Shown one piece after another: positions 39,222 through 51,480 of a stretch of 64,000 nt of DNA. The notes beneath the pieces were generated by a model. It saw only the letters and a program-made list of their open reading frames with translations, searched no databases and was not told where the DNA came from. Each line of letters opens with the position of its first letter. Positions within the stretch are counted from its first letter, which is position 1. This stretch comes from Heptranchias perlo (lineage: Eukaryota): positions 18,600,001 through 18,664,000 of the forward strand of contig NC_090348.1 of the NCBI RefSeq assembly GCF_035084215.1, read 5' to 3'. The position numbers were made by a program, and so were the translations under genes.

Positions 39222-39445
39222 TTCTTCACACAATGAGTTGTGAGGCTGTGGAAGACACTTCCAAGGTTAGTGGTTGAGGGAAAAACTATATCAACGTCCA
39301 AGATTAAATTGGACAGGTGTATGAAGGAAAAGGGGATGAAGGGGTGTAGGGTGTGTAAATGTGATTTGCTCATAGAGGATAAACATTTACACGGACTGGG
39401 TGGGCTGAATGACCTATTCCCATGTTGTAACTTCTATGTATTTCC
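39222..39445 (+). mobile_element. Old CR1 3' fragment
   Basis: FFTQ*VVRLWKTLP..KIKLDRCM, the CR1 ORF2 C-terminus, followed by a tail. Confidence 0.65.
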
Positions 39446-39696
39446 ATGCACTTATTGCAATCTTGATTCACATCTGTAATGGAAAGAAATGTCTAGCCGA
39501 ACATCTGGTTTGAACAGAAGTGCGGGTTAAGGGGATAATTACAGAAGAGATTTACGCTACAGGTTTCGTACCAGTGTGAAATGGTTTAACTTTGCACCAC
39601 GGCTAAATTTGTGGAATATAATCAATTTGAAGCCCAAAGTGACTTTGAAACAAAGTAGATTAGGAGTTAGAGTCTCATTCTACTTGTGTTAGACCA

Positions 39697-40148
39697 GGCT
39701 CAGTGGTTGTACTCTCACCTGAGTCAGAAGGTCATGGGTTCAAACCCCACCCAGAAGCTGAAGCACATAATCTTGGCTGATAATGCAGTACCGATGAAGT
39801 ATTGCACTGAAGTGTCATAAGTGCTATCTTGCAGATGTGACATTAAACCAAGGACCCATCTGCCTGTTCACATAGACGTTAAAGATTCCATAGCACTATT
39901 TGAGGAAGAGAAAGACATCGGGGGTTTTCCCAACGTTCCAGCCAACATTTATCCATTGACCTAAAAACTGATGATCTGGTCATCAGTCTCCATGCTGTTT
40001 GTGGCACCTTGCTGTGTGCAAATTGGCTGCTGAGTTTCCCTACATTATAATTGTGACAATACTCCAAAAAGTACTCCATTGGCTTTGCAGCTCTTTGCGA
40101 TGTCCTGAGGCTGTGAAAGGTGTTACATAAATGCAAGTTCTTTCTTTA
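39697..40148 (+). mobile_element. SacSINE1/DeuSINE-like SINE
   Basis: A and B boxes, core and tail collinear with 11866-12300. Confidence 0.8.
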
Positions 40149-40424
40149 CTTTGTTCCAGTATTAATTTGGATCCCACTTCCTCATTCTAACTACTTTACT
40201 GCAGTGCTGATGCAGTTAGTGTAAGTGCACCCTAAGATCTACCTCTTCCACATTACCTTGAAGTATTCTTGTTCACCATCTGGCTGACTCCGGTTTCACT
40301 CCTGCCCACTTCTCATCTCCGAAATATTCCCAGATTTCCCACACTAGCTGGATTCTTCCTGCCACCTGCTCTTTACCTCAGCAATTTTTCTGCCACCTAG
40401 TTAGTAACTTGGAAGCAAAAAGAT

Positions 40425-40697
40425 GAAAAACTTGCATTTATATGGCATCTTTCACGACCTCAGGACGTCCCAAAATGATTCACAGCCAATTAAATACTTT
40501 TGAAGCGTTATCACTGTTGTAATGTAGGAAACACAGCAGCCACTTTGCGCACAGCAAGGTGCCACAAACAGCAATAAGATAATGACCAGATAATCTGTTG
40601 TAGTGGTATTGGATGATCTTCGAATAGTGCCATGGGATCTTTTACGTCCACCTGAGAGGGCAAATGGGGGGACTCAGTTTAACATCTCATACGAAAG
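40425..40697 (-). mobile_element. SacSINE1/DeuSINE-like SINE, 3' half
   Basis: Matches the copy at 31292-31725. Confidence 0.8.
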
Positions 40698-41209
40698 TAG
40701 CTAAATACTTAGGATCTAGTTTATGTGAGATTTAACATTGTAATTAAAATCAAGGCCAAAAATAACAATATAGCTGTTCAAGACTTCAGAACAAACTTTG
40801 GAGTAGTGACAAAATCTCTTGGGAAGCAGTTAAAAAAAACTAATGGAATATAGAATCTTAAAAGCATTCTGTTTTCTTGCATTTTATTTTCAAGATTATT
40901 GGAAGGAATGTAGAAAGAAAGTAAATCTCTATAACAAGAAAAATAAACATAGCAAGACAATACCACTGTGGATGAATAAGGAGATCAAAATAACCTAAAG
41001 GCCAAGCCAAAAGAAATACAAGGAAACAGCAGTGAGCACCAGAAGTCACACAATGGCAGCTGAAGTTAATTGAAACTTTTCTTAAAAGAGGTAAGGGATC
41101 AATAGAAAAGGATGTCCCATCAAAATATTGATTACTGCATATGTGTAACAGACTTCCAGTTAAAGCTGTAATAATTAACATATTTTAAAAAAGAAAGTTG
41201 GATAAGTTT

Positions 41210-41400
41210 CCCCACTGGTTTAGTGATAAATGCATCACCAAGTGTAGTAGAGAGCCATGCAGACCAGGAAGCTTCTAGGTTTTATCCATGATTTATCGTG
41301 ACTTAGCTTACCTCAGCTGGATAGCAGTAAGGGTTGTAATTGGCCTCAGTGTCACTGAATAATTGAGAGAGAGATTTTTTTTTTTGGACAGCTGGGTATC
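41210..41400 (+). mobile_element. Ancient tRNA-derived SINE head of a different family (AmnSINE2-like, from recall)
   Basis: ctggtttagtgataaatgca..gagccatgcagaccaggaag..ttagcttacctcagctgg..aattggcctcagtg. Confidence 0.4.
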
Positions 41401-41779
41401 CGACACACACAGAAACCCATCAGCATGCTTCAGGAATCTGCAAACCAAGTTACTAAGAAATCTGCATAAGTAGAGTTTCTCTTTACCCAATATGGAGCAT
41501 GCACTCTCTCCTCGACAGTGTTACCCCCACTTATACGAGTCCAGGGAATTTAGGCACAGGTTGGCTTCAGCAAAAACTTACGGGCACTTCAATTGTGCAC
41601 AGAAGTACTCTTGTAATTTAACCAGCTAAAACCATGCAGCTGACCACTTGGGCCAGGTAAAATACACCCTAAATTTCTTAAGGTTAATAGTTTTGAGAGT
41701 TCCATAAATATTGACGCTGTAGCTCAGGGGTGCGGGTAACGAATGATCAAGGTCCATCTAAAAAGTGCACAGGCCAATA

Positions 41780-42600
41780 GGAATAATTAGCGCAGCTTTA
41801 GAAATAGGTCATACCTTACAATTCTACTGAAATTCTTTGAAGAGATAAACTGGTTGACAAGAGCAATATATTAGATTTGAACTAATAGGAATTCAAAAAT
41901 TCAACAAATAAGACTTTAGAAGATTAAGGCTTAGAGAATAAATTGTAGATTGGTTAATTGGATTGAAGACTGGATCAGCAAGAAGGTGATAAATGGAAAA
42001 AACTCTTCTGAGTGGGGATAAGACAGAAAGTAACCACCAGGGTTCCAGAGATCTATTCTGGATTCACATTGTTCAGCCTTTTCACAAATGATATGGAGCA
42101 ATATTATTTCAGTATTGCAATATTTGTTGGAGACATGACGATGTATAAAGAGAGACCTGGACCAATTAAGAAGGTAGGTTTAAGAAACAACAGATACATT
42201 TTCATGTAACTAAATGTTGAGTAATAAATATTGGAATAGCAAATAAAAAAAGTACATAATGAAGGGATGTCCATTAGCAAAAGTACAAAAAAAGGATTTT
42301 GGTTCAATTATCCACAGAAAGCATCTAGTCAATATGAAGTTGGCATCAACAAGGTTAATCATACACTGGGATGCATTTCCAAAGCATTTGAAGATAAGTC
42401 AAAACAAATTCTTCTAAATCTGTATGGGCTATATTTGAGGCATCCTACCTCCAGAAGGGTACGGATGCATTGAACAGTGTTCAGAAAATGTGTCATTTTA
42501 TAATCTGTGACATACAGAGCAGAATTTGCTTTCATTGAAAAAATGAGCAGGGGCATGATCCAGGTAGAAATCAGGCACACTATATAAAGCTGCAGTGTCT
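41780..42600 (+). mobile_element. Very old CR1 RT fragment
   Basis: Degenerate WIEDWI..RVPEIYSGFTLFSLFTNDM..FVGD and INKVNHTLGCISK. Confidence 0.55.
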
Positions 42601-42639
42601 GCATGACTCACTATAACATCTTTTGCAATTGACTGGTGT

Positions 42640-43760
42640 GTTGTCTTTCCTTGTCGTTCTCAATCTCTCTGCGGCATTCAATACATTCAGCCACTCCATC
42701 CCCCTCTCTGGCTCACCTCTGGAGCACTGGCCTCACTTGGTTCCACTCCTACTTTTCCCAATGTAGCCAAGACACCTCATCATTCTGCCCCTTTGAAGGT
42801 CTGCTCAGGTGTGCCCCAAAGTTTCATCCCTGGCCTTCTCCTATTGCTTGTCTGGGTGGTTCGCCTTAGTGATATCATCTGTAGACAAAGGTTCAGCTCT
42901 CATATGTATGCTGAAAACACAGAGCTCTACCTCTCCACCACCACTCTCAACTCCTTGACCATCACTCTGCTGTCTGACATCAAATCATGGATGAGCCACA
43001 ACTTTCTCCAATTTAACAGCAGCAAGACAGCAGCTATCCACTTTAGCTCCTAAAACCTCAGCGCCCTGGCCACTAAATTAATTACCAAGCTGCTCATATG
43101 CTGAATCTGATGGTGCACAACCTCAGTGTCCTATTTTACCCTGAAATGAGCTTCAGTTCTCCTGTATCCATCAGCCGGGCAACATACTTCCAACTTCCAC
43201 AACCTGCCTCCACTGGTGCCTCTCCCTTACCGTTAACAAAACAATAATCCATGCCTTCATCAAATCCAGGCTCAACTTCTCCAACACACTCCTCACTGGC
43301 TTCCCAAGCTCCACCCTAAATAAACTCCAACTCATCCAAAACTCCCCCACCATATCCCGTTCTGCATTAAATCCTGTTCTCCTATCATCACTCTCCTTAC
43401 AACCTTTATTGTCTTCGTGTCCCCAATGCACCAAATTCACAATCCTGTCTTTGTCAATAAATATCTTCATGCCCTTCTTCTGCACCCTCCTTCATCCCTC
43501 TGTTCTTCCAACTTTGGTCTCCTTTTCATCCTTCCTCCTTTGGTGGCAGAACCTTCAGCTGACTTTGCTGGAATTCTCTCCCTAAACCGTCTGTCTTCCT
43601 ATCTCTCTCCTCTCCTTCGAATGTCTCCTCAAACCTTTCTCTTCAACCATGCTTTAAGCTATTTTCCCTAATTTTCATCTGGCTCCTATTCACTGTCTGT
43701 TCTTTACACCTCTGAAAAGCTTTGGGATATTTTACTACATTAAGGGCATTGTTGTTATTG
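42640..43760 (+). mobile_element. Decayed L2 LINE
   Basis: SGVPQ..HMYAENTELYLS..LSDIKSWMSHNFLQFNSSKT (YADD region), IHAFIKSRLNFSNTLLTGFP, and an L2 tail near 43715-43760. Confidence 0.8.
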
Positions 43761-44254
43761 AATGTGGACTGCATAACAGTGCCATAAGGCCACAAGTAAT
43801 GCTTCTACCACACACAGTGCTTATAAAGCTGACACTAAAATTGAATATAGTGTGCCAATTTCAATTAGAAACATTTTAGCACCTTTTTTTTCAAATATTG
43901 ATTTGTTTATTTCCTCCCTCCTCTCAATGGCATGACCTCATTAAAATTCAATGTACACACAGATGTGCTCTGCAATGATGGGGCATGTGCAACGCTCATC
44001 ATCGTTTGCTGGTCAGAGAGCAGTTTCCAAGAATATTTGAGGGGAAAAAAAACCAGAAAAGTCAACTCTGCCAGCAAAGGAATATCACCATTTCATACAG
44101 CAGATATTCTGAAGGGGACCGCATGTTGGAGTCACCACAAAATGTTCACTTGTGGCAGAAATGAATATTTGCAAAGTTCCCTTTAAACTACGACTTCTCC
44201 AGAACTAAAAATGCTTTAAATGGTACGAAGGAATTCTATGTATAAGTTACCTAC

Positions 44255-44281
44255 CTGTACCGACACTTTTCTCAAATTCCA
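44255..44281 (-). CDS. Candidate 27-nt microexon of an unidentified minus-strand gene
   Basis: gtgtgtttttctgtcag|TGGAATTTGAGAAAAGTGTCGGTACAG|gtaggt. Frame-preserving; WNLRKVSVQ (phase 0) or xEFEKSVGT (phase 1). Lies in unique DNA. No homologue recognised. Confidence 0.45.
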
Positions 44282-45044
44282 CTGACAGAAAAACACACTA
44301 CAATACTTGGAAAATTCAATTACAAGATCACAATCTTTCAGTAGTCAAAAGGAGCGATAATGGCATGTTTGCCGCCTATTGTGCTGATGCACATTGGGTG
44401 CCAACTCCCCACACATGAAGGGGCCTGATGCCGGCTCAGCAACCCAGTTATCTGGTGCACTGCAATGTATCCCCAAGGCACCTGTGGTGCATACAGTGAG
44501 AATATCACCACTGTGCTAGGCTCATTATGGCTTCAATTTTTATGCGAATGAGCAGTCGTCTCCATAATGTAGCTGGAATGCCTGAACAACAGCTTGGACA
44601 GCCTTTTGGAACAAGCGCTTCAGAATACCTCACCAAAAAATTACTTTTAGCTTGCAGGATGGCCCTCTTCTTCCAATAGGTGGCATCATACGTGTAACCA
44701 TCAAGTCTTCCATTGATGCTGGCAGCAACATTCTAACCGCCCACCCCCGAAGTGCTCCCAGTGCATCATGCATCAAAGCGATGAGATTGGCACTAAAATA
44801 TTTATATGAGCTTGTATTATTGTGCAAGATCACCTTATTTGAGCACAGTCAAGGCTGAACCTAAGGAGCAGCAGTCCCCGCTGCTCTGCACCAGCACCAC
44901 ATTATTTGTCCCATTATCTCATCAGAATTTCACAAACCTAAAGTCGTTTTCAATTTCTGCTCAAGTCCCAAAATGGTGAATAACTACTTTCATCTGATTT
45001 AACAAAAGGGATTTTCCTTCACATGTGAAATGTCTAAACTGCAA

Positions 45045-45565
45045 ACAGTGAGGCATAAAAAGCTTATATAAAGCTTCATCAAATCTCTGACAAACTTCTC
45101 AAAGTGCTTCATACAATGAATTACTATGAAGTGCTGTGACTCAGCAGCCATTTTGCACAAAGCAAGATCCTGCAAACAATGAGATGAATGATCAGTTAAT
45201 TTGCTTTTGATGGTTAACCAGTCTCTCTTCAAATGCTGTGGACCAGTATTTACGGTTTTTACAATTTCACATTCCTATTATTCATCATTTTTTTTCTTTT
45301 TATCTCTACCAGTTTTGGTGCTATTGGTTGAGGGAGGAATGTTGGTCAGCAAACCAGAAAAACTTCCCGCTCTTCTTAAAATAGCGCAGTGGGATCTTTA
45401 AAGTCTAACTTGGAACCAGTGTGACAGGTAGACAGGACCTTGGTTTAACCCCTCTAGCAGCGCAGCACTCAGCACTGGATGGAATGCTTAAGTACAGGCG
45501 TGTAGCTCCAGCCCACAACTTCCAGATTCAGAGGGAAGAGTGTTACCAACTGAGCCCGGCTGCCA
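45045..45565 (-). mobile_element. Diverged SINE copy with an internal insertion
   Basis: Tail, core (gcagtgggatctt) and head (cccacaacttc..ttaccaactgagcc) in reverse orientation. Confidence 0.6.
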
Positions 45566-47071
45566 CCTACCACAGTTCAACAAATCTAGCTTGATACTAT
45601 GAATACTGTCATTAAATAAGAATGCATTTCAAGTGTGAATGATCAAGTAACAGTTTTAAGTAATTAACTGTCATTGAAATGACATTTACTGTAAATGTCA
45701 AAAGATCTTCATGGGCCCTACTCTCTTGTTGAACCTTAGTAACCTAATCACCATGAATACTTCGTCTTGAGCCACAGACAAGTAAACCCAACTGCACCAA
45801 AACTACTTCTATATGTAAAACTAAATGCAGCAGACTCTCCCACCTTTTGGCAGCCACGAAGTAGTAAAATTAAGGCCATCATTCAAACTCAATTAAATCT
45901 GTTCATCTACTGCATCTAAGTTTTCACCCTGCAAAGCACACATTTAGTTTGCTGCCAAAAACCAACTGCCTTGAGTAGCCTTTCCACTTCAGAATCTTAA
46001 ACTTTTTACTGAAAAACTCTTGCAACACTACATTCTGATTAGCACTGGACTCAAAGTTCAGTTTTATCTAGCATTTGACTAAAGGCAGGGAGTCTGGAAC
46101 AAATGATTCGGGGACAGGTTATGCACAAGAGATAGAGGTTAGGCCTTCCGCACACCTGCTTTGCCAGGTCACGGGCATTATCCGTGCCACTGTGTAGTCT
46201 GATACCAGTCAGATAAACATAGATATGGTCACACTGCAGACCTACTGTGCAGTTGAGCTGGGAACAACTGGCAGTGCAGAATGGCTGTCCAGTCCATCTA
46301 GCTTCCATACTTTTGAACCACCAGCAAGCTTCCTCCGCATTGTTTCCGGATATTAGGGTTCACAACTCTCTCAAGCTCTTTGAAGCCATAAAGCACGCTA
46401 CAAAATCTCAATGATGCAATGTTACTACCTCCCAAATTCAACTTGCTGCCCAGCTTCCTTCTATCACATGGTGGTAATTTGGAATAATAATTATGCTTTT
46501 TGACTTCAGTGAGCACAACACTTCTGGAAGGAGAATATCCAAATAATTTTTCTCCTGAATGATTGGGCTTTTCTATGGTATGTGGACAATAAATGAATTG
46601 AATATTTTTCTATTTTTGATGGAGTATTCCCAGATCAGGTACAGCATTACTGGATTGGTTCATAACTTTTGTTTTGAGGTAGAAGCTGTCCACAATATGG
46701 GTTTCAAATAACCATCTATTACAACATTTTTAATATTCCCTTTAAACTAGCAGTTCATGTAGAACATTGGTGTAATGATCCACCTACGAAATCCAGAAAT
46801 ATTATGGTACTTTGCTTGTTTAATATGCATTTGCCAGAGTTGCGTCTAATTAATCTAACTTATTTATGCTAATTGAATTACATCTCATTAGTATTCTTGA
46901 ATATGTTTTCTATTTCAGCATAATAAATATACCCTCTGAAGTTTGATGAATGCAGCAGTTCTCCACATGAATCGTATGGCGAAATCTATTTTTTAATTAA
47001 ACCAATTTTCATATTTCAATTAGATATGACAAACCTGATAGGATTCTATCTGTCATAGATTCTGATAGAAT

Positions 47072-47908
47072 CACGACACCACACAACCCTGCCACGGCAA
47101 CCTCTGCAAGGCATGCCAGATCATCGACACAGATACCACCATCACACGAGAGGACACCATCCACCAGGTACATGGTTCATACTCCTGTGACTCGGCCAAC
47201 GTTGTCTACCTCATACGTTGCAGGAAAGGATGCCCCGGAGCATGGTACATTGGCGAGACCATGCAGACACTGCAACAACGGATGAACGGACACCACGCAA
47301 CAGTCGCCAGACAGGAGGGTTCCCTCCCAGTCGGGGAACACTTTAGCAGTCAAGGACATTCAGCCACCGATCTTCGGGTAAGCGTTCCCCAAGGTGGCCT
47401 TCAAGACACACGACAACGCAAAATTGTCGAGCAGAAATTGATAGCCAAGTTCCGCACCCATGAGGACAGCCTCAACCGGGATCTTGGGTTCATGTCGTGC
47501 TACACGTAACCCCACCAGGGGGAAAAAAAAGTTATCTGTTTTTAATACAACTGGTCATTCTCTCTCTTTCTCTTCCTTTCGGATGTTTCTCTCTCCCTCT
47601 CTTTCTTTGGTTCTGGCCGTTTGTATATTCAGTTGTCTGGGGTATCTAAGGTTTCTCTGTCTGAACACTATTCAATTCATTTGATGGCCTTGATAACGGG
47701 CAGTTGGAAAGATTATCTGTAATCACCAGGCATTGTTCTATGACTATATATGCAGTAATTTTCAATGAAGTTCGACACTCACCTGATGAAGGAGAAAGCC
47801 TCTGAAAGCTTGTGATTTTCAAATAAAACTGTTGGACTATAACCTGGTGTTGTAAGATTCCTTACATTTGTACACCCCAGTCCATCACCGGCATCTCCAC
47901 GTCATGAC
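47072..47908 (+). mobile_element. Penelope-like element, 5'-truncated (GIY-YIG endonuclease plus pLTR)
   Basis: Open frame 47072-47509: TQPCHGNLCKACQII..SCDSANVVYLIRCRKGCPGAWYIGETMQTLQQRMNGH..PVGEHF..EQKLIAKFRTHEDSLNRD. pLTR ends caccggcatctccacgtcatgac. Confidence 0.92.
47774..47820 (+). ncRNA. Minimal hammerhead ribozyme motif in the Penelope pLTR
   Basis: ucac-CUGAUGA-a-GGAG-aaagc-CUCU-GAAA-GCUU-guga. The closing C of stem II has changed to U, consistent with CpG decay. Confidence 0.65.
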
Positions 47909-48039
47909 TCTTCCAACATAACAAATGTACTTCCACGTTTCTATTATAATGGTGTTGGAACTCTAGGAGAAGGTGATTGAGGGAAGACCCATGACCCCGG
48001 AGTGCCGCTCACCTTTTCTCAAGCCACAGAGCTCAGTTG

Positions 48040-48370
48040 AGTGCTGGGACTATTTTGAATAGGACCAGTAGATTAGCACTGGGTGAGCCAGTGTCCCCAG
48101 GACAAAAACAGCACAAGTGTCCCTCTTCAGAGGAGGACGCCACTAATACAATACTAATACAAATGGCCCCTTCAAACGAAGAGTTTCACAAAAAAAAGGT
48201 CAAATAACCTAAATCATAATGATGTTGTACTAGTCGATGATACAAGTAATATTCTGCGGCACCCATCAGTTGCAGAAGGCCTCAAGCATGCTAGTGGATA
48301 CTGCATGATCCCTCTCCAGGGCCACCCGGATGCACGCCTGACCACGGAAGCAGTTGAAGTGACCTTCCCT
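48040..48370 (-). mobile_element. Tx1-clade LINE 3' fragment
   Basis: Minus translation FRGQACIRVALERDHAVSTSMLEAFCN*WVPQNITCIID*YNIIMI* resembles a recalled Tx1 ORF2 C-terminus. Not listed in the ORF track. Confidence 0.6.
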
Positions 48371-48904
48371 GCAGATCCTAATTGACAGCTGGGTTCAGAA
48401 CCAAAAGGTTTCTAGGTTTGAATCCCAGCAGGATGTTTTCATTTTTTGGAGGTAATAAAATTAATATCATATCTTTGGCTGTGGGGAGAAAGCAGAAGAC
48501 TGAGTTAAGTGGTTGCCACATTGTTTTTAGACACTCCTGTAAGGAGCATCAGTGCCGCAGCCAAACAGAAGAATTCGGACCTATGCAAATTAACTCCCCT
48601 CTGTCTTTCTTTCTCTCACATGCGTGCTTTTCTTCCATTTTTACTGCACCTCTTTGCCTTCAGCTTCCTCTGGATCAGTAGAAAAAAGCTCATGTCTTCA
48701 AACTTGAGCCTCAGTACACAGAGTTATATTCCAGGAAAAGTTGGATCCAGAGTTACCTTCATTCATATTCTGGGAAATTTGGGAACTTCATGCATGTACA
48801 ACCATGGCTGAAAACTGAGATCCTCTCACTTGGTTGTGCTATATGTGCATCAATGAGCTGCACCAAATAGTTAATTGATAATACTGCAATGCACTGCTGT
48901 AAAT

Positions 48905-49555
48905 TAATGATATAGAGGCCTTGGAAAAGGTCCGGAGGAGAGCTACAAGAATGATTCCTAGCGTAAAGATCCTCAGCTTCTCAGATAGGCTCAAGGACCT
49001 TAGTCTATTTACTTTAGAGCAGCACAGACTTAGTGGTGACTGAAGAGAGGTCTATAAAATAATTGAAGGGATGTATAGCGTCCCTATTGATAAATGATTC
49101 CAGTTTAACAGATTGGGGAGGACCAGAGGACATGAGTTTAAACTATGTAAAAGTAGGAATAAACTGGATGTTAGGTGGTTCTTCTTTTCCCAGAGAGTAG
49201 TGAGCCTCTGGAATGTATTGCCGGCTGGTGTGGTGGGTGCTGACTCTCTGCCTTCAAGAGGGAGCTGGATCAGTTCCTGACTAGAGCAGAGATCACATCA
49301 TATAGAAGGCAAGTGACTTTATAGATAACACTTGATCCATGTGATCTCCTGGACTGGTTTTGATCGTCTGAGGGAATAAGAGGAGGAATTTTACAGAGTA
49401 TTTTTCTCTTATTAGCCCTGGGTTTTGCCTCTCCCAGGAGATTACATGATTGGGGGGTAGGTAAGAAGTATTTAGTCATGATGGTCCAGCCAACATGTTG
49501 TGGGATAGGTTTGATGGATCAGTTGGCCTTTTCCTGCCCATCAATTTTGTATGTG
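48905..49555 (+). mobile_element. CR1 3' fragment (third subfamily, longer 3' UTR)
   Basis: DIEALEKVRRRATRMIP..RLKDLSLFTLEQHRLSGD..TRGHEFKL..FFSQRVVSLWNVLP. Confidence 0.85.
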
Positions 49556-51280
49556 CATAAGTGCAAGGAGCTCATGGATTTCTTTATCACCAAGAAGGAG
49601 ACCAAACGTGCAACTGCCTCTGCTGCATTCTCCCCTTCCTCTTATTCCCATCACGTAGCAAACCCAGTTCACCATCCACTGCATTCGTGAACCTCTGTTT
49701 CTTTGCCCCCATCTCCCTCTCTGCCGACTTTGTGCTAATCTAATCCATGAGGCCTTCACACTCAAGCTCTGATGACAAAGTTTCCCTTCCTGGTCATCAT
49801 GTAAACTGATAAAGTCAATGGTTCCCTCCTCTTCAAAACTACTGTCTTTTTCTGAAACACGTGATGTTGATAAAAAAAGCTTTTGCTACTTCCGTTATAC
49901 AGAAGCAGGAACATCTCCTTATTGCCCCTCCCCGTTCAAAAAAAACCCCATCATGAATCATTCCATCCTCACCAACTGTCACCCCATCTCCAAACTCCTT
50001 TTCTTCTTTAAAGGTCCTTCAATGTGTAATCACCTTGCTGCTCAATGCCCATCTTTCCCATAATTCGATATGAACCCCTCAAGCCCCTAACCAAAAAAAG
50101 GTACAAATGGCATTCTCTAGGGCTGTGACCATGTCTATGGTGCATTATTACTTCTCACCCTTTATGCTGCCTTCTACACAGTTGATCACACCACCCTCCT
50201 CTACCACTTTTCTTCTGTTGTCCAGCTGCATGATACTGCTCTCACATGGCTCCATTCCCATCTTATTTGAATGTAGCTACAGCATCACCAACAATGGCTT
50301 CTCTTCCCACCCCAACACCGTCACCCTCAGAGTCCCTCTTCTTCCTCATCTATATGCGGCCCCTCAGCAACATTATCCACAGACACTGGGTCAGTTTCCA
50401 CATGTACATCAACGACACCCTACTTCTCCACCTTTACTCTTATTCCTTGAATGCCCCTGTGCGGGGTGGGAAGAGAAACCATTGTTGGCAATGCTGCAGC
50501 TACATTCAGAATGCTCATCTGATGTCCAGTCTTGGATGAATTTTCACTTCCTCCAGCGTTGCATTGGAAGACTGAAGCCATCGTTTTCAGCCTCTTCCAC
50601 CAACTCTGCTTCCTTGACACTGACTTCATCCCTCTCCCCTGCCGCTGCCAGAGGCAAAAACAAACTGTTCGCAACACTGGTGTCTTGTTCGACCCAGTGC
50701 CAAGTTTCAGACCCCATTACTAAGATTGTTTACATCCATCTCCGCAATATTACCCACCTCTGCCCTACTTTAGCCTCTCCCCACTGAAACCCTTATCCAT
50801 GCTTTTGTCATCTCCAGACTAGACGACACCAATACTCCTTGCTAGCCTTCAATCCTACACCATCCATAAATTCCAGTATCTTCCACTCATTTATCAACCT
50901 CCCACCCCCGTACTTGATGGCTCTAGTTCTCCAATGCCTCAAATTTAAAATCACCCACCTCTGAAAAAATCTCATTGTTCCTGCCACTGACACAATCTAT
51001 CCCCTCCCAAACTGAGCTCTTGCAAATCCCTTCTCCCTTTGCCCCACCATTGACAGCAAAACCTTAGGCTACCTGGATCCTATCCTTTGGAATTCCATCC
51101 ATATACCCTTTTATCCGCACCTCCTTCAAACCGATGTCTTTAACCAAGCTTTTGGTCACCCCTCTTAATCTTTCACTTTTATGGCTCAGAGTCTGTTTTC
51201 CAAATGCCTATTTGTGAAATGTCTTGCGATTGGTTTTAAAAGTTAAGCTGTTATTTAAATGGAAATTTCTCTTGTTGCTG
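49555..51280 (+). mobile_element. Decayed L2 LINE
   Basis: LTNCHPISKL, LFFLIYMRPLSNIIHRHWVSFHMYINDTLL, DVQSWMNFHFLQ, ETLIHAFVISRLD, and an L2 tail near 51210-51280. Confidence 0.8.
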
Positions 51281-51439
51281 TTTTATGTACATAAACCTGT
51301 TTGGAGTTTTGTCTGGAAGAAAGAGAAGATCCCGTTAACCAATGTTTACATGGGTCTTCTCAATGTTCAAAAAGCATCCATTTTTGAAAGATACTTAGAA
51401 TATTCAATACTTAAAAAGGTATACTAAACACCAACTGAC

Positions 51440-51480
51440 CTTTTCTTCACTTAAAGCTCTACATCCAAGACTATACTCCA
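51440..51480 (-). CDS. Candidate 41-nt exon of an unidentified minus-strand gene
   Basis: ttttgttttgctgctattgaaag|TGGAGTATAGTCTTGGATGTAGAGCTTTAAGTGAAGAAAAG|gtcagt. Only phase 1 is open: xEYSLGCRALSEEK, ending in phase 0. Confidence 0.4.

Noticed and set aside
50107-50787. 226-aa ORF
   Set aside because: Off-frame reading of a decayed, pyrimidine-rich L2.
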